A stretch of DNA of 64,000 bases from Pirellulales bacterium (GTDB lineage Bacteria > Planctomycetota > Planctomycetia > Pirellulales > JAEUIK01), in the NCBI GenBank assembly GCA_050184475.1, contig JBFXAH010000008.1, positions 100,533 through 164,532 on the forward strand, in the 5' to 3' direction. This document shows positions 19,922-29,367 of the stretch, piece after piece (position 1 is the first letter of the stretch; every line of letters begins with the position of its first letter). The translations under genes were made by a program, and so were the position numbers. The notes beneath the pieces are model-generated. The model saw only the letters and a program-made list of their open reading frames with translations, searched no databases and was not told where the DNA came from.

Positions 19922-21466
19922 CTATTTGTACCCGGCCATGTCCTCGAGCCGTAGCAGAATGATCGAATTGATGCCGATGACGCGCAGCGCCGGCGTGCTG
20001 CTCCGTTGCTGCGGCGAGGCACCGCGGCCCACGAATTTCAGCGTGTGTTGGCCGGCGTCGAGCTTATGCAGATCGAAGCTGATCCAGGTCCAGTCGCTCC
20101 CGGTGTTGCAGAAATCGATCTCCGGGCCAATCTCCTGTCCGTCGAGCTGCGGCTGGTAGCGGGCGCCGAACACCGAGTACATCACGACGGCCGAAAGTTG
20201 GTAGCGCCCCTTCTCGGCGACGTCGAAATCGAATTCCAGCTCGCCGCTGGCTTTCCCAGGCGCGTAGACCACGCCGGTGTCCGACGTGTTTAACAGCAGT
20301 TGCGGCTTGGCCCGCATTTTGAGGTCCTTGGCGGCCAGCACCCGGTACGGGGCCACGCGCTCGTTGGCCGGCGGCAACGGCTCTTCGCAGACGACCGCCG
20401 GCGTCTGGTACCAGAAGGCCACGGAGCTGAGCCAATCGGGCCGCTCCTCGAACGAAGCCACTTGCACGCCGGCGTCGGAGAAGATGCTCCCGCGGTGCTC
20501 GATGGCCACCTTCAGCGACTTGCGAAAGCGAACCGGATCGGTGAGGTGCCAGCGATAGGCGGTCACGCGGTCGCCGGGGAAAACCCCTTCCCAGAGCGAC
20601 ACGCCGTAGAACGGAGTCGCGAACTGCCGGAACCCCCAGGCGTCGTTGAAGTAGTCTTCGGTGCCGGTGCCGCGCAGCGAAGGGGTTTGCTCGCCGTCGA
20701 TGTAGAAGCGATCGTCCCCTTCGCCGAACCAACCGGTCTTCACCTGGTGCGCCGAATAAACCGTGCCGACGTAATTCCCGGCGCCTTCCGTTTCCAGCAG
20801 GGTGTAGTCTCCCGGTTTTGCCGGCATCGCCTGCCGATAGCGCGCGTGGAAGTAGAGCACGTCGTCGGCAAGTTCCGGCAGCTTCTCCCAGTCGAGATAG
20901 TAGTAGAACGTTGCTTTGCCATGGTCCGTGGCTTCGTTAGTCAGCGTGACCTTAGCGCTTTTGCGAAACGGCATTCGCCAGAAGCAAGCCCTCGATCTTC
21001 CGTAAGACGATACCGAGACCGGCAGCGACTGAAACGAAGCGTTCGCCCCGTGGCCGACGCCAAAGAAATCTCCCAGGGGGGCTTCAACGCTCGGCTTGCC
21101 CGCTCCATCCCAATAGATGCGCAAGACCAGCGAGCGGCCCGAAAAGGGATCGGTCGAGGCCACGGTGTTCCAGAAGTGCGTGATCGCTCCCGGGCCTTCG
21201 AGTTCGGCCAGCACCAGCGTCTCGCCGGCGCCGACGGTGTGAGCGTCGCCGTTCTTCGCCAAATCGGGGTTGGCGCTCGACACCCGGCGCGACTCCGCGT
21301 CGCTGGCTACAGTCAACGCCTCGAGCAACTGGCTGCCAGGCACGCTTGGCAGGCGGGCCGGGGCGTCGTCCGATTGGCCCATCGCGCTGGCGCAGCAGCT
21401 CGCGGCGACGGCGGCCGCGATCGCCGAGCGGAAAGCTGCTCGCGTGACGGTTGCAATTGTCCGCAT
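19922..21466 (-). CDS. Secreted DUF2961 / glycoside hydrolase family 172-like protein
   Basis: Signal peptide; GPGAITHFW, PLGDFFG, WFGEGD and GTGTEDYF motifs. Confidence 0.85.
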   Translation of the reverse strand: MRTIATVTRAAFRSAIAAAVAASCCASAMGQSDDAPARLPSVPGSQLLEALTVASDAESRRVSSANPDLAKNGDAHTVGAGETLVLAELEGPGAITHFWNTVASTDPFSGRSLVLRIYWDGAGKPSVEAPLGDFFGVGHGANASFQSLPVSVSSYGRSRACFWRMPFRKSAKVTLTNEATDHGKATFYYYLDWEKLPELADDVLYFHARYRQAMPAKPGDYTLLETEGAGNYVGTVYSAHQVKTGWFGEGDDRFYIDGEQTPSLRGTGTEDYFNDAWGFRQFATPFYGVSLWEGVFPGDRVTAYRWHLTDPVRFRKSLKVAIEHRGSIFSDAGVQVASFEERPDWLSSVAFWYQTPAVVCEEPLPPANERVAPYRVLAAKDLKMRAKPQLLLNTSDTGVVYAPGKASGELEFDFDVAEKGRYQLSAVVMYSVFGARYQPQLDGQEIGPEIDFCNTGSDWTWISFDLHKLDAGQHTLKFVGRGASPQQRSSTPALRVIGINSIILLRLEDMAGYK

Positions 21467-21527
21467 CGTTGTCGTTGCTCCTGGAAAAGGGCCGCGCGTG
21501 CGTTCCACGGCAAAGCGCGGTCGTTTA

Positions 21528-21661
21528 CTAGAAGCAGTTTCAAAACCCGGCGGGGTGCCACTGCTGGCTTGCCCAGCAGTGAACAGCTCGACACAGCACT
21601 GCTAGACGAGCTAGCAGTGGCACCCGACTTCGGTTCAATGCAGGTTTGAAACTGCTTCTAG
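21528..21661. mobile_element. 134-bp MITE-like element with nested REP doublet
   Basis: Perfect 17-bp terminal inverted repeats CTAGAAGCAGTTTCAAA (21528-21544) and TTTGAAACTGCTTCTAG (21645-21661); inverted hairpin pair at 21553-21581 and 21597-21625. Confidence 0.75.
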
Positions 21662-21967
21662 CCACTCGATTGAGCCGCCGTACAGTGACGGGCGCTCAAT
21701 AGCTGCGATGAGCTGCCAGGATAAGCAGCCAGGCAAGGCAGGCCAAGTAAGGGTGAGACCGATCTGCAAGTGCATCGCCCGCTGAGCGCTAGCGCCGCAA
21801 CCACTTCGGCAGCGCCAGCGAATCGCTCAGGTCGCGCCAAAAAACTCGCTGGCGACGCGCGCCTCGTGTATCGTTGACAGTTCGAACGCGGCGACGGCGC
21901 GTGAACCTGCGCCTGTCGCGAACCTCCCACGTCCGACTGGCTACTCGATCGCTCGGAGATATCGCCC

Positions 21968-23512
21968 GTGCCAGTACCTTCGAACACGACAACTGCCAGC
22001 CGCGGGCCAATAGCCACTCGTCAAACCAGCGCTCGGTGCCTGCTGCGTCGCCGCTGGGCGGTGCTTGCCGCGATGGCGGTCGCCGCGGCGCTGGCGCGGA
22101 AATCCGCGGCGGCGCGCCCGGCCCAACTCCCCAATATCGTCGTCATCTTCTGTGACGACTTGGGCTACGGCGACTTGGGGGTCTACGGAGCCCAAGGCTA
22201 CACAACGCCGCACCTCGACCAGATGGCCGCCGAAGGGATTCGCTTCACGCGGTTCTATGTCGCGCAAGCAGTCTGTTCGGCGTCGCGGGCCGCCTTGCTC
22301 ACCGGTTGCTATCCGAACCGCGTCGGCATTCAAGGCGCGCTGGGGCCGCGCTCGATGGTCGGCATCCACGACGACGAAATGACGCTGGCCGAACTGGTCA
22401 AGCAACGCGACTACGCGACCGCTATCTTCGGTAAATGGCACCTGGGGCACCTGCCGCAGTTTCTCCCCACTCGCCACGGCTTCGACGAGTACTTCGGGTT
22501 GCCCTACTCGAACGATATGTGGCCCTTGCATCCTGGCTATCTGCATTTGCCCCCCGAACAGCGCAAGCGGCGCGGGTTTCCCGACCTGCCGCTGCTGGAA
22601 GACGAGTCGGTGGCGATCACCCCCGTGGCGCCGGCCGAGCAGAACATGCTCACCACCTGGTACACCGAGCACGCGGTGCGGTTCATCGAGCGTCATCGCG
22701 AGCAGCCGTTCTTTCTCTACGTGGCCCACAGCATGCCGCACGTGCCGTTGCACGTCAGCGAGAAGTACCGCGACAAGACCGAGCGCGGTCTGTTCGGCGA
22801 CGTCATCGAGGAGATCGACTGGTCGGTGGGCGAGATCTTGAAGACGCTGCAAACCACCGGCTTGGACGACCGCACGTTGGTGATCTTCACCTCCGACAAC
22901 GGGCCGTGGCTCAACTACGGCAATCATGCCGGCTCGGCGGGCCCGCTGCGCGAAGGGAAAGGGACGAGTTGGGAAGGCGGGATTCGCGAGCCGTTCATCG
23001 CTCGCTGGCCTGGCGTTATTCCGGCCGGCAAGGTCAGCGACGAGCCGGCGATGACGATCGACCTGTTGCCAACGATCGCCCGGCTGATCGACGCCAAACC
23101 GCCTGAGCACCAGATCGACGGCCTCGATATCTGGCCACTGTTGATCGGCACCGAGGGGGCGAAGAACCCGCACGAGGCCTACTTCATCTACTACGCCAAC
23201 AACCAACTGCAAGCGGTGATCGATGGGGCGTGGAAACTCTATTTGCCGCACACCTATCGCACGCTGGCCGGCCGGCCCGGCGGCCGCGACGGCCAACCGG
23301 TCGACTACGAACAGCGCACCCTCGAGCAGCCGGAGCTGTACAACCTGGTCGATGATATTGGCGAGCAGACCGACGTCGCCGCGATGCACCCGGAAGTCGT
23401 CGCGCACTTGCTGAAGCTGGCCGAGCAATCGCGCGAAGATCTGGGCGATTCACTCACGCACCGCCAGGCCAGCGGAGCCCGCCCACCCGGCCGCGTGGCG
23501 GAACCGCAGTGA
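21968..23512 (+). CDS. Arylsulfatase (S1, Cys-type)
   Basis: PNIVVIFCDDLGYGD, CSASRAALLTG, GKWHLG and FTSDNG motifs; start could be 22073. Confidence 0.95.
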   Translation: MPVPSNTTTASRGPIATRQTSARCLLRRRWAVLAAMAVAAALARKSAAARPAQLPNIVVIFCDDLGYGDLGVYGAQGYTTPHLDQMAAEGIRFTRFYVAQAVCSASRAALLTGCYPNRVGIQGALGPRSMVGIHDDEMTLAELVKQRDYATAIFGKWHLGHLPQFLPTRHGFDEYFGLPYSNDMWPLHPGYLHLPPEQRKRRGFPDLPLLEDESVAITPVAPAEQNMLTTWYTEHAVRFIERHREQPFFLYVAHSMPHVPLHVSEKYRDKTERGLFGDVIEEIDWSVGEILKTLQTTGLDDRTLVIFTSDNGPWLNYGNHAGSAGPLREGKGTSWEGGIREPFIARWPGVIPAGKVSDEPAMTIDLLPTIARLIDAKPPEHQIDGLDIWPLLIGTEGAKNPHEAYFIYYANNQLQAVIDGAWKLYLPHTYRTLAGRPGGRDGQPVDYEQRTLEQPELYNLVDDIGEQTDVAAMHPEVVAHLLKLAEQSREDLGDSLTHRQASGARPPGRVAEPQ

Positions 23513-23550
23513 TCGCCAGGTAACTTTGAATAGACACGCGCGAAGGCGCC

Positions 23551-23865
23551 TTACCGCCACCAGCACCAACTGCGAGGGCGTGACGCTTCGATGGCGTAAC
23601 CACGGGCGACGAGCGCCGTGAGCAAGGCCTCAAAGCTGAGCGGCCAGAAGACAAACGGCCGTTTGTCGGGCCACTTGGGATGTTCGAACTCGAGCCCGCT
23701 GCCGAACAGCCCGCGGCGAAGGAAGAGCTTCAATTGCTCGTCGCGCGGGTAGACGCGATGGAAGACACGCAGAAAGTCGTCATGCACTTCGATCGACGCG
23801 AAGGGCCAGGTCAGCCAGGCATTGTGCACCAAGACACCGCCGCGGGTTTTGAACGGCTCGGCCAT
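23551..23865 (-). CDS. Small hypothetical protein
   Basis: MAEPFKTRGG...NAWLTWPFA; protein-like composition; fills an intergenic gap. Confidence 0.5.
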   Translation of the reverse strand: MAEPFKTRGGVLVHNAWLTWPFASIEVHDDFLRVFHRVYPRDEQLKLFLRRGLFGSGLEFEHPKWPDKRPFVFWPLSFEALLTALVARGYAIEASRPRSWCWWR

Positions 23866-23962
23866 GGGGTTATTCGCAGTGAACGAGCGAATTTGCGGCG
23901 TCGAACTCGATAAGCACTCTATTCTACGCGAGCCCCCATGGCAGCCGGCGCGGCAGGCCAAG

Positions 23963-24037
23963 GGGGACAGTCCCATATTTTCGGGTGGCGCTGGTTGATT
24001 GTCGCGCTGTCGAACACCGAAAAATGGGACAGTCCCC
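23963..24037. repeat. REP-like inverted element with GGGACAGTCCC palindromic ends
   Basis: GGGGACAGTCCCATATTTTCGGGTG ... CACCGAAAAATGGGACAGTCCCC imperfect inverted repeat just downstream of pcm. Confidence 0.75.
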
Positions 24038-24054
24038 GGCGCGTTGCTGCGAGA

Positions 24055-25299
24055 TTACTTCGCGTCCTTCGCCCGCTTTGCCACCACGATCCGCAGCCCG
24101 TCGACGTCCAACTCGCCCGTCGCTCCTAACAGCCCCACCCGGCAGATCGCCTCGCGGGCGTTGGGGGGGACCGCGAACCGCTTGCTCTGCTCTTTCCACT
24201 CGAACGAGCCGACCCAGGGGCCCATCTCCACTTCGGCGATCGGATTGCGGACTTCGTCGTAGAAGACCAGCGCTAGTCCGGCCGCCGCGCGCTGCGGGCC
24301 GTTGCGCACGTTGTTGGCCCGCACCCAAGCCAGCACGTTGATTTCGTGCACCTCGCGGCCGTCGACGCCCATCCCCTGCAGCGCGGCACTGTTGCGACCC
24401 GGGACGGAATTCGCAAAGCGGATGAACTGCTTGCCGTCGGGGGCCGACTTGTCGGCGATCAGCTCGCTCTGCCGTTGATAGTGCCAGCCTACCGCCCCCA
24501 GCGGCTCGCCGACCGATTCTTCGAAGCTGCCGTTGGCGAACGTGGGATTGGCCGGATCGGGGAGCACCTGGCGCTGCTCCTCGGCCGCGCCGGTCATCGG
24601 CACGAACAACGTCGGCAAGAGCGCCTCTTGTTCGAGCTTGCCATCCTTCTTGGTGAACAGGTAGAGCGTTTGCTTGTAGCGTTCGCCGAGCGGCACCAAC
24701 AGCCGGCCCCCTTCGCGGAGTTGATCGACCAGCGGCTGCGGCACGTTCTCGGGCGAGCAGGTGACGATGATCTTGTCGAACGGCGCGGCCTCGGGCCAGC
24801 CTTTGTAGCCGTCGCCGATCCGCGTGTGGACGTTCTTGTATTTCAGCCGCTTCAGCGTGCGGGCCGCCCGCCGGCCGAGCGGCTCCTGAATCTCGATCGT
24901 ATAAACGTCTTTGACCAGCGGGCTGAGCATGGCCGCCTGATAGCCGCTGCCAGTGCCGATCTCCAGCACCACGTCGGTTGGCTGGGGTTCGAGCTGTTCG
25001 GTCATGTAGGCGACGATAAACGGCGGCGATATCGTCTGCCCTTCGCCGATCGGCAGCGCCATGTCGAAGTAGGCCATCTCGCGCTGGCCGGGCGCCACGA
25101 ACTCGTGCCGCTCGGTGGCGCGGGCGGCGGAGATCACGCGCGGGTCTTTGACCCCCGCCTTGACGATATCTTCGTCGACCATGCGGTTGCGAAGCTGTTC
25201 GTAGCTCAAACGGCCGAAGGGCGTGTTCTGGGCCGTGGCGGGCGCCGCAACGACGGTGAAAAGCACCAGCGCTGCGAGCAGCCGGGTGGCACGCCGCAT
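24055..25299 (-). CDS. pcm: Protein-L-isoaspartate O-methyltransferase with signal peptide and C-terminal beta-sandwich (CBM-like) domain
   Basis: GQTIS.P, VLEIGTGSGYQAA and GDGYKGWPEAAPFD motifs; NGSFEE marks the start of the extra domain; start at ATG 25299. Confidence 0.9.
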   Translation of the reverse strand: MRRATRLLAALVLFTVVAAPATAQNTPFGRLSYEQLRNRMVDEDIVKAGVKDPRVISAARATERHEFVAPGQREMAYFDMALPIGEGQTISPPFIVAYMTEQLEPQPTDVVLEIGTGSGYQAAMLSPLVKDVYTIEIQEPLGRRAARTLKRLKYKNVHTRIGDGYKGWPEAAPFDKIIVTCSPENVPQPLVDQLREGGRLLVPLGERYKQTLYLFTKKDGKLEQEALLPTLFVPMTGAAEEQRQVLPDPANPTFANGSFEESVGEPLGAVGWHYQRQSELIADKSAPDGKQFIRFANSVPGRNSAALQGMGVDGREVHEINVLAWVRANNVRNGPQRAAAGLALVFYDEVRNPIAEVEMGPWVGSFEWKEQSKRFAVPPNAREAICRVGLLGATGELDVDGLRIVVAKRAKDAK

Positions 25300-25608
25300 G
25301 CACGACGAAACAATGCAATGCATCTCGAAAAACCTCGCTCGGCGCTGGGTATTCGACTGGGGTGACATCTTCAAATGTGTCATAATCTGAGGGGTTTGGC
25401 GAGAAAGGAATTGCGGCAACGAACACGAACTGGGTGGCCCGGCTGCTCGCAGCCGGGTGGCGTAGCCACAAGAATCTAATCATGCCGCGTGGCCGAGTTC
25501 CGCCGCGTCGATCTAAGAGGGTTTCTCGTCGCTGTCGCGACCCAGCCGCGAGCGGCTGGGCCACCCCGACGACGACCGTTGGCTCAGGAATCTGAAAGAA
25601 CTCCTACG

Positions 25609-27444
25609 ATGAACCCCGCGCATCTCAAGCAGTATCTCGTCGAGCGCGTGCTGGCCAAGGTGCAGACGCCCGCCCAGTACCTCGGCGGCGAATGGAACAT
25701 CGTGCGCAAAGAGCCCGGCAGCACGCGCGGCCGGCTGGTGCTGGCCTTCCCCGATACTTACGGCATCGGCATGAGCCATCACGGTCTGCAGGTGCTCTAC
25801 ACATTGATGAACACGCGGTCCGACTGGGCCTGCGAGCGGGTCTTCTGTCCCTGGACCGATATGGAGGCGCAACTCCGCGAGCACGGGCTGCCGCTCTATA
25901 CGCTCGAAACGTTTACGCCGGTTGCCGACTGCGATGTGATCGGGTTCAGCCTGCAGTACGAAATGTCGTACGCCAACGTGCTGACGATGCTCGACCTGGC
26001 CGGCTTGCCGCTACACGCCGACGAGCGCACCGCCCGGCAGCCGCTGGTGATCGCGGGCGGGCCGTGCACGCAGAACCCCGAGCCGCTGGCGCCGTTTATC
26101 GATTTGTTCGTCACCGGCGACGGCGAGCCAAGCTTGCCGGCGATCTGCGATGCCTGGCTCGAAGCGCGCGACGAGTTAACTGCCCACGAAGGGTTGGCCG
26201 AGGGGGAGCGGGGCCGGCAGCAGCGCGAAGAGTTGCTAGCCCGGTTGGCCGCGCAATTGCCGTTTGCCTACGTGCCGCGCTTCTACGAGCCGGAGTATTT
26301 GCCCGACGGGCGTCTGGTGGCCCTCAATCGCACGCGGACCGACGTGCCCGAAACGATCGAGCCCTCGGTGATCGACGACCTCGACGGCATCCCGCTGCCG
26401 GTGCGGCCGGTGGTGCCGTATGTCGAATGCGTGCACGATCGCATCGCCATCGAGATCATGCGCGGCTGCCCCTGGCAGTGCCGGTTCTGCCAGAGCACGG
26501 TCATTAAGCGGCCGCTAAGGATTCGCGAAGTCGAGACGATCGTCGCAGGCGCGCTTGAGAGCTACCACAACACCGGCTTCAACGAGATTTCGCTGTTGAG
26601 CCTGTCCACCAGCGACTATCCGCACTTCGAGCAATTGATTACGCGGATGAAAGAGGTGTTCGTGCCGCTGGGCGTTTCGGTCGCCGTGCCGAGCCTGCGA
26701 GTGAACGAGCAACTCAAGAGCGTGGCGGCGCTGTTGTCGACCGATCGGCACTCGGGGCTGACCCTCGCGCCCGAGGTCGCCCGCGACGACATGCGCGAGC
26801 AGATCCGCAAGAAGATCAAGAATCAGGATCTGTACGATGGTTGCCGGGTGGCCTTTGGCAACGGCTTCCGCCGCGTGAAGCTGTACTTCTTGTGCGGACT
26901 GCCGGGGGAACGGCCGGTCGATCTCGATGGCATCGTCGAGATGGCCGAGACGATTTCGCAGATCGGCCGCGAAGTGATGGGCCGCCCGGCCGAAGTGACC
27001 GCCAGCGTGTCGAACTTTGTGCCCAAGGCGCACACGCCCTACCAATGGAACGGCATGCAGACGCGCGACTACTTCCGCTGGGCGCACGACTATCTGCACA
27101 GGCAGAAGCGCAGCCGGAGCGTGAAGATCAAGTGCCATCATGTCGAGACGAGTTTGCTCGAAGGGGTGATGAGCCGCGGCGATCGGCGCATTGCTCAGGT
27201 GATCGAGTTGGCGTGGCGCGCGGGGGCGCGGTTCGACGGCTGGACCGAGTGTGCCCAGCCCGCGCTTTGGTGGCAGGCGTTGAGCGACGCCGGCATCGAT
27301 ATCGAAGCGGCGCTGCACCGGCCCTACGCCCTGACCGACAAACTCCCCTGGGATCACTTGAATGTGAAGAAGGGGCGCGCGTATCTCGAGAAGGAACAGA
27401 ATCGCGCCGTCGTGCAACTGGCGGCGATGGCCGACGCGCAGTAG
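25609..27444 (+). CDS. TIGR03960-type B12-binding radical SAM protein
   Basis: PAQYLGGE, AFPDTYGIGMSHHG, RGCPWQCRFC and LPWDH motifs. Confidence 0.88.
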   Translation: MNPAHLKQYLVERVLAKVQTPAQYLGGEWNIVRKEPGSTRGRLVLAFPDTYGIGMSHHGLQVLYTLMNTRSDWACERVFCPWTDMEAQLREHGLPLYTLETFTPVADCDVIGFSLQYEMSYANVLTMLDLAGLPLHADERTARQPLVIAGGPCTQNPEPLAPFIDLFVTGDGEPSLPAICDAWLEARDELTAHEGLAEGERGRQQREELLARLAAQLPFAYVPRFYEPEYLPDGRLVALNRTRTDVPETIEPSVIDDLDGIPLPVRPVVPYVECVHDRIAIEIMRGCPWQCRFCQSTVIKRPLRIREVETIVAGALESYHNTGFNEISLLSLSTSDYPHFEQLITRMKEVFVPLGVSVAVPSLRVNEQLKSVAALLSTDRHSGLTLAPEVARDDMREQIRKKIKNQDLYDGCRVAFGNGFRRVKLYFLCGLPGERPVDLDGIVEMAETISQIGREVMGRPAEVTASVSNFVPKAHTPYQWNGMQTRDYFRWAHDYLHRQKRSRSVKIKCHHVETSLLEGVMSRGDRRIAQVIELAWRAGARFDGWTECAQPALWWQALSDAGIDIEAALHRPYALTDKLPWDHLNVKKGRAYLEKEQNRAVVQLAAMADAQ

Positions 27445-27563
27445 GGCGGGCTTCAATCTTCACGCACTCCGCGGCTCCGCGTGAGCAGTCTTGGCAGCGC
27501 GCGGAGACGCGCAATGCCCGGAATCTGACAAGCCGCTTGCTCTGCCGGCCCCCGAAAGATTTG

Positions 27564-27606
27564 TTGACAAGCCCTCGACGAATCACTACTATGCACCACG
27601 TAGTAG
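27564..27606 (+). promoter_or_regulatory. Sigma70-like promoter with overlapping PadR-type operator
   Basis: TTGACA (27564) N17 TACTAT (27587); imperfect palindrome CTACTATG-cacca-CGTAGTAG (27586-27606) directly before the ATG. Confidence 0.75.
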
Positions 27607-27954
27607 ATGGAGGCGAGCTGCTTGGACGCCTGGATTACACAACTGCGTCGCGGTCTGATCGAGCTCTGCGTGCTGGCAGCGCTCGGCGACAAAGAGGCCT
27701 ACGGCTATCAGATCGTCGAACAGCTCAATGCCATCGAGGGGCTGCAAGTCACCGAGAGCACGATCTACCCGCTGCTGGCGCGCTTGGCCCGCGATCGCTG
27801 CCTGCTGACGCGCACCGCGTCTTCGCCGCACGGGCCGGCGCGTCGTTACTACCGGCTTTCGGACGCCGGGCGGCGGCGACTCGACGGCATGACCACGCAC
27901 TGGCGAGCGATGCAGAAATCGGTCAATCAACTGCTGTCAGGAGACTCCCGATGA
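27607..27954 (+). CDS. PadR family transcriptional regulator
   Basis: QLRRG..E..VL, YGY.I, TIYPLL.RL and RRYY.L motifs. Confidence 0.93.
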   Translation: MEASCLDAWITQLRRGLIELCVLAALGDKEAYGYQIVEQLNAIEGLQVTESTIYPLLARLARDRCLLTRTASSPHGPARRYYRLSDAGRRRLDGMTTHWRAMQKSVNQLLSGDSR

Positions 27955-28643
27955 ACTCGTCGATGGTCGACCTCAATCCCGAACTGCAAGCACTGGTCGA
28001 TGAACGTCTGGATGCGATCGAACGAGTTTTGCTGTCGACCGGCGTGTCGCGTGGCGAGCGCGGCGGCATCGTCGGCGAGGTGGAAACACAGATCTTCGAA
28101 CTGCTGGCCAGACGGACCAGTGGCGAACCGACTCGCGACGACGTGCTGGCCGTGTTGTCGCAACTCGACCCCCCCGAGTCGTACGCGCCCGAGGGATTCA
28201 CGATGCGATCAGGCGCCGCCGCGCCCGCGCCACGGCAGCCGCGCACTTCGGCGCTGGCCGTTGGTAGCGCGGCGACAGGTACTTTCTTCGCCTTGGCGGG
28301 CATGTTCAATCTGCTGGCCTCGCAAGACGAAGCGCTGCTCCTATTCGAGGCGTTCGTCATTCTGGCCAGTTCGATCGGTGGCGCGATTAGCCTGAGGCGG
28401 ATTCAGCGTTCGCGGGGTTGGCTCTACGGTCGAACCACGGCCCTGTGTGCCACGACGCTGTTTCCGCTCTTTCTGGCCAACGCGATCGCGGCGGCGATTC
28501 TGCTGTCTTGGGACGAGTTGCTGCTGCTGATCGGGTTCGCGATCACGTTCTTGGGGCTCAACGCCGGACTGATCTACGGCGCCTGGCGGCTGGGCAACGC
28601 CTGGTTCCCGCAGCGCGACGAACCGCTGGCGGCCGTTCGCTGA
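27951..28643 (+). CDS. PadR-associated membrane protein (HAAS-like N-terminus plus TM region)
   Basis: ATGA overlap with padR; ER..IV.EVE..I...L....LDPPE.Y N-terminal domain; several TM segments. Confidence 0.75.
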   Translation: MNSSMVDLNPELQALVDERLDAIERVLLSTGVSRGERGGIVGEVETQIFELLARRTSGEPTRDDVLAVLSQLDPPESYAPEGFTMRSGAAAPAPRQPRTSALAVGSAATGTFFALAGMFNLLASQDEALLLFEAFVILASSIGGAISLRRIQRSRGWLYGRTTALCATTLFPLFLANAIAAAILLSWDELLLLIGFAITFLGLNAGLIYGAWRLGNAWFPQRDEPLAAVR

Positions 28644-28712
28644 CGTGGACCACCCGGCATCGCGAACTTTGCACCTTGGCGGGAGACCTCGCTGGGATAG
28701 CCTTGGTCATGC

Positions 28713-28759
28713 TCGTCCGAACAATTGTCTAGACAAGTGTTGTCTGGACGGGTTACAAT
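28713..28759 (+). promoter_or_regulatory. Tandem palindromic operators and probable leaderless promoter of marR
   Basis: Perfect TTGTCTAGACAA (28725-28736) flanked by degenerate copies; TAGACA N18 TACAAT, with the ATG 6 nt after the -10. Confidence 0.7.
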
Positions 28760-28765
28760 CCGGGG

Positions 28766-29344
28766 ATGAGCACCGCCACGAAGCGCCCCCCTGCCCTGCC
28801 CCGTCGCCGCCGCGCCGCAGCCGCCCGCCGCGGGTCGACCGCTACGAACGGCGCCAGCAAGAGTGTTGTCGCTGCGCCGCGCCCCCGCCGCTTCGACTCT
28901 CCGCAGCAGCAGGCTTATCTCAATCTGTGGCGCACCTACGACCGCTTGCGAGCGCACGAAGACGCCCTCTTCGGCCGCGTTGACCTCACGGCCCAGCAAT
29001 ACAACGCCCTGCGGCTGTTGCGGGCTGCCCATCCGGCCCCCGTGGCCACGCTCACGTTGGCCGCGCGGTTGATCTCTCGGGCGCCCGACATCACCCGCCT
29101 GGTCGACAAGCTGGCGGACCGCGGGCTGGTCGCGCGCGATCGCCGGCCAGAGAATCGCCGCGTCGTCGAAGTTTCGATCACGCCAGCCGGCTTGGCCCTG
29201 CTTGATCAACTCGCCGCCGAAGTGCGTCAATGCCACCAGCGGCAACTCGGGCATCTCTCGGCCCGCGAACTGAAGCAACTCGTTGCCTTGCTGGAAAAAG
29301 CGCGGCAGCCACACGAAGAACAAGACAGCATCTGGAACACATAA
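28766..29344 (+). CDS. MarR family transcriptional regulator
   Basis: LT.QQYN.LR.L, DITRLVDKL..RGLV.R and NRRVV.V.IT..G motifs. Confidence 0.92.
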   Translation: MSTATKRPPALPRRRRAAAARRGSTATNGASKSVVAAPRPRRFDSPQQQAYLNLWRTYDRLRAHEDALFGRVDLTAQQYNALRLLRAAHPAPVATLTLAARLISRAPDITRLVDKLADRGLVARDRRPENRRVVEVSITPAGLALLDQLAAEVRQCHQRQLGHLSARELKQLVALLEKARQPHEEQDSIWNT

Positions 29345-29367
29345 CTCGCGAGCAAGAAACAACCGCC

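Noticed and set aside
21658-22017. 119-aa minus-strand ORF next to the MITE-like element (possible transposase remnant)
   Set aside because: No DDE or HUH motifs visible and the composition is unconvincing.
26841-28643. 600-aa ORF spanning the radical SAM gene and padR
   Set aside because: Only the part from ATG 27951 is protein-like; upstream it overlaps real genes in other frames.
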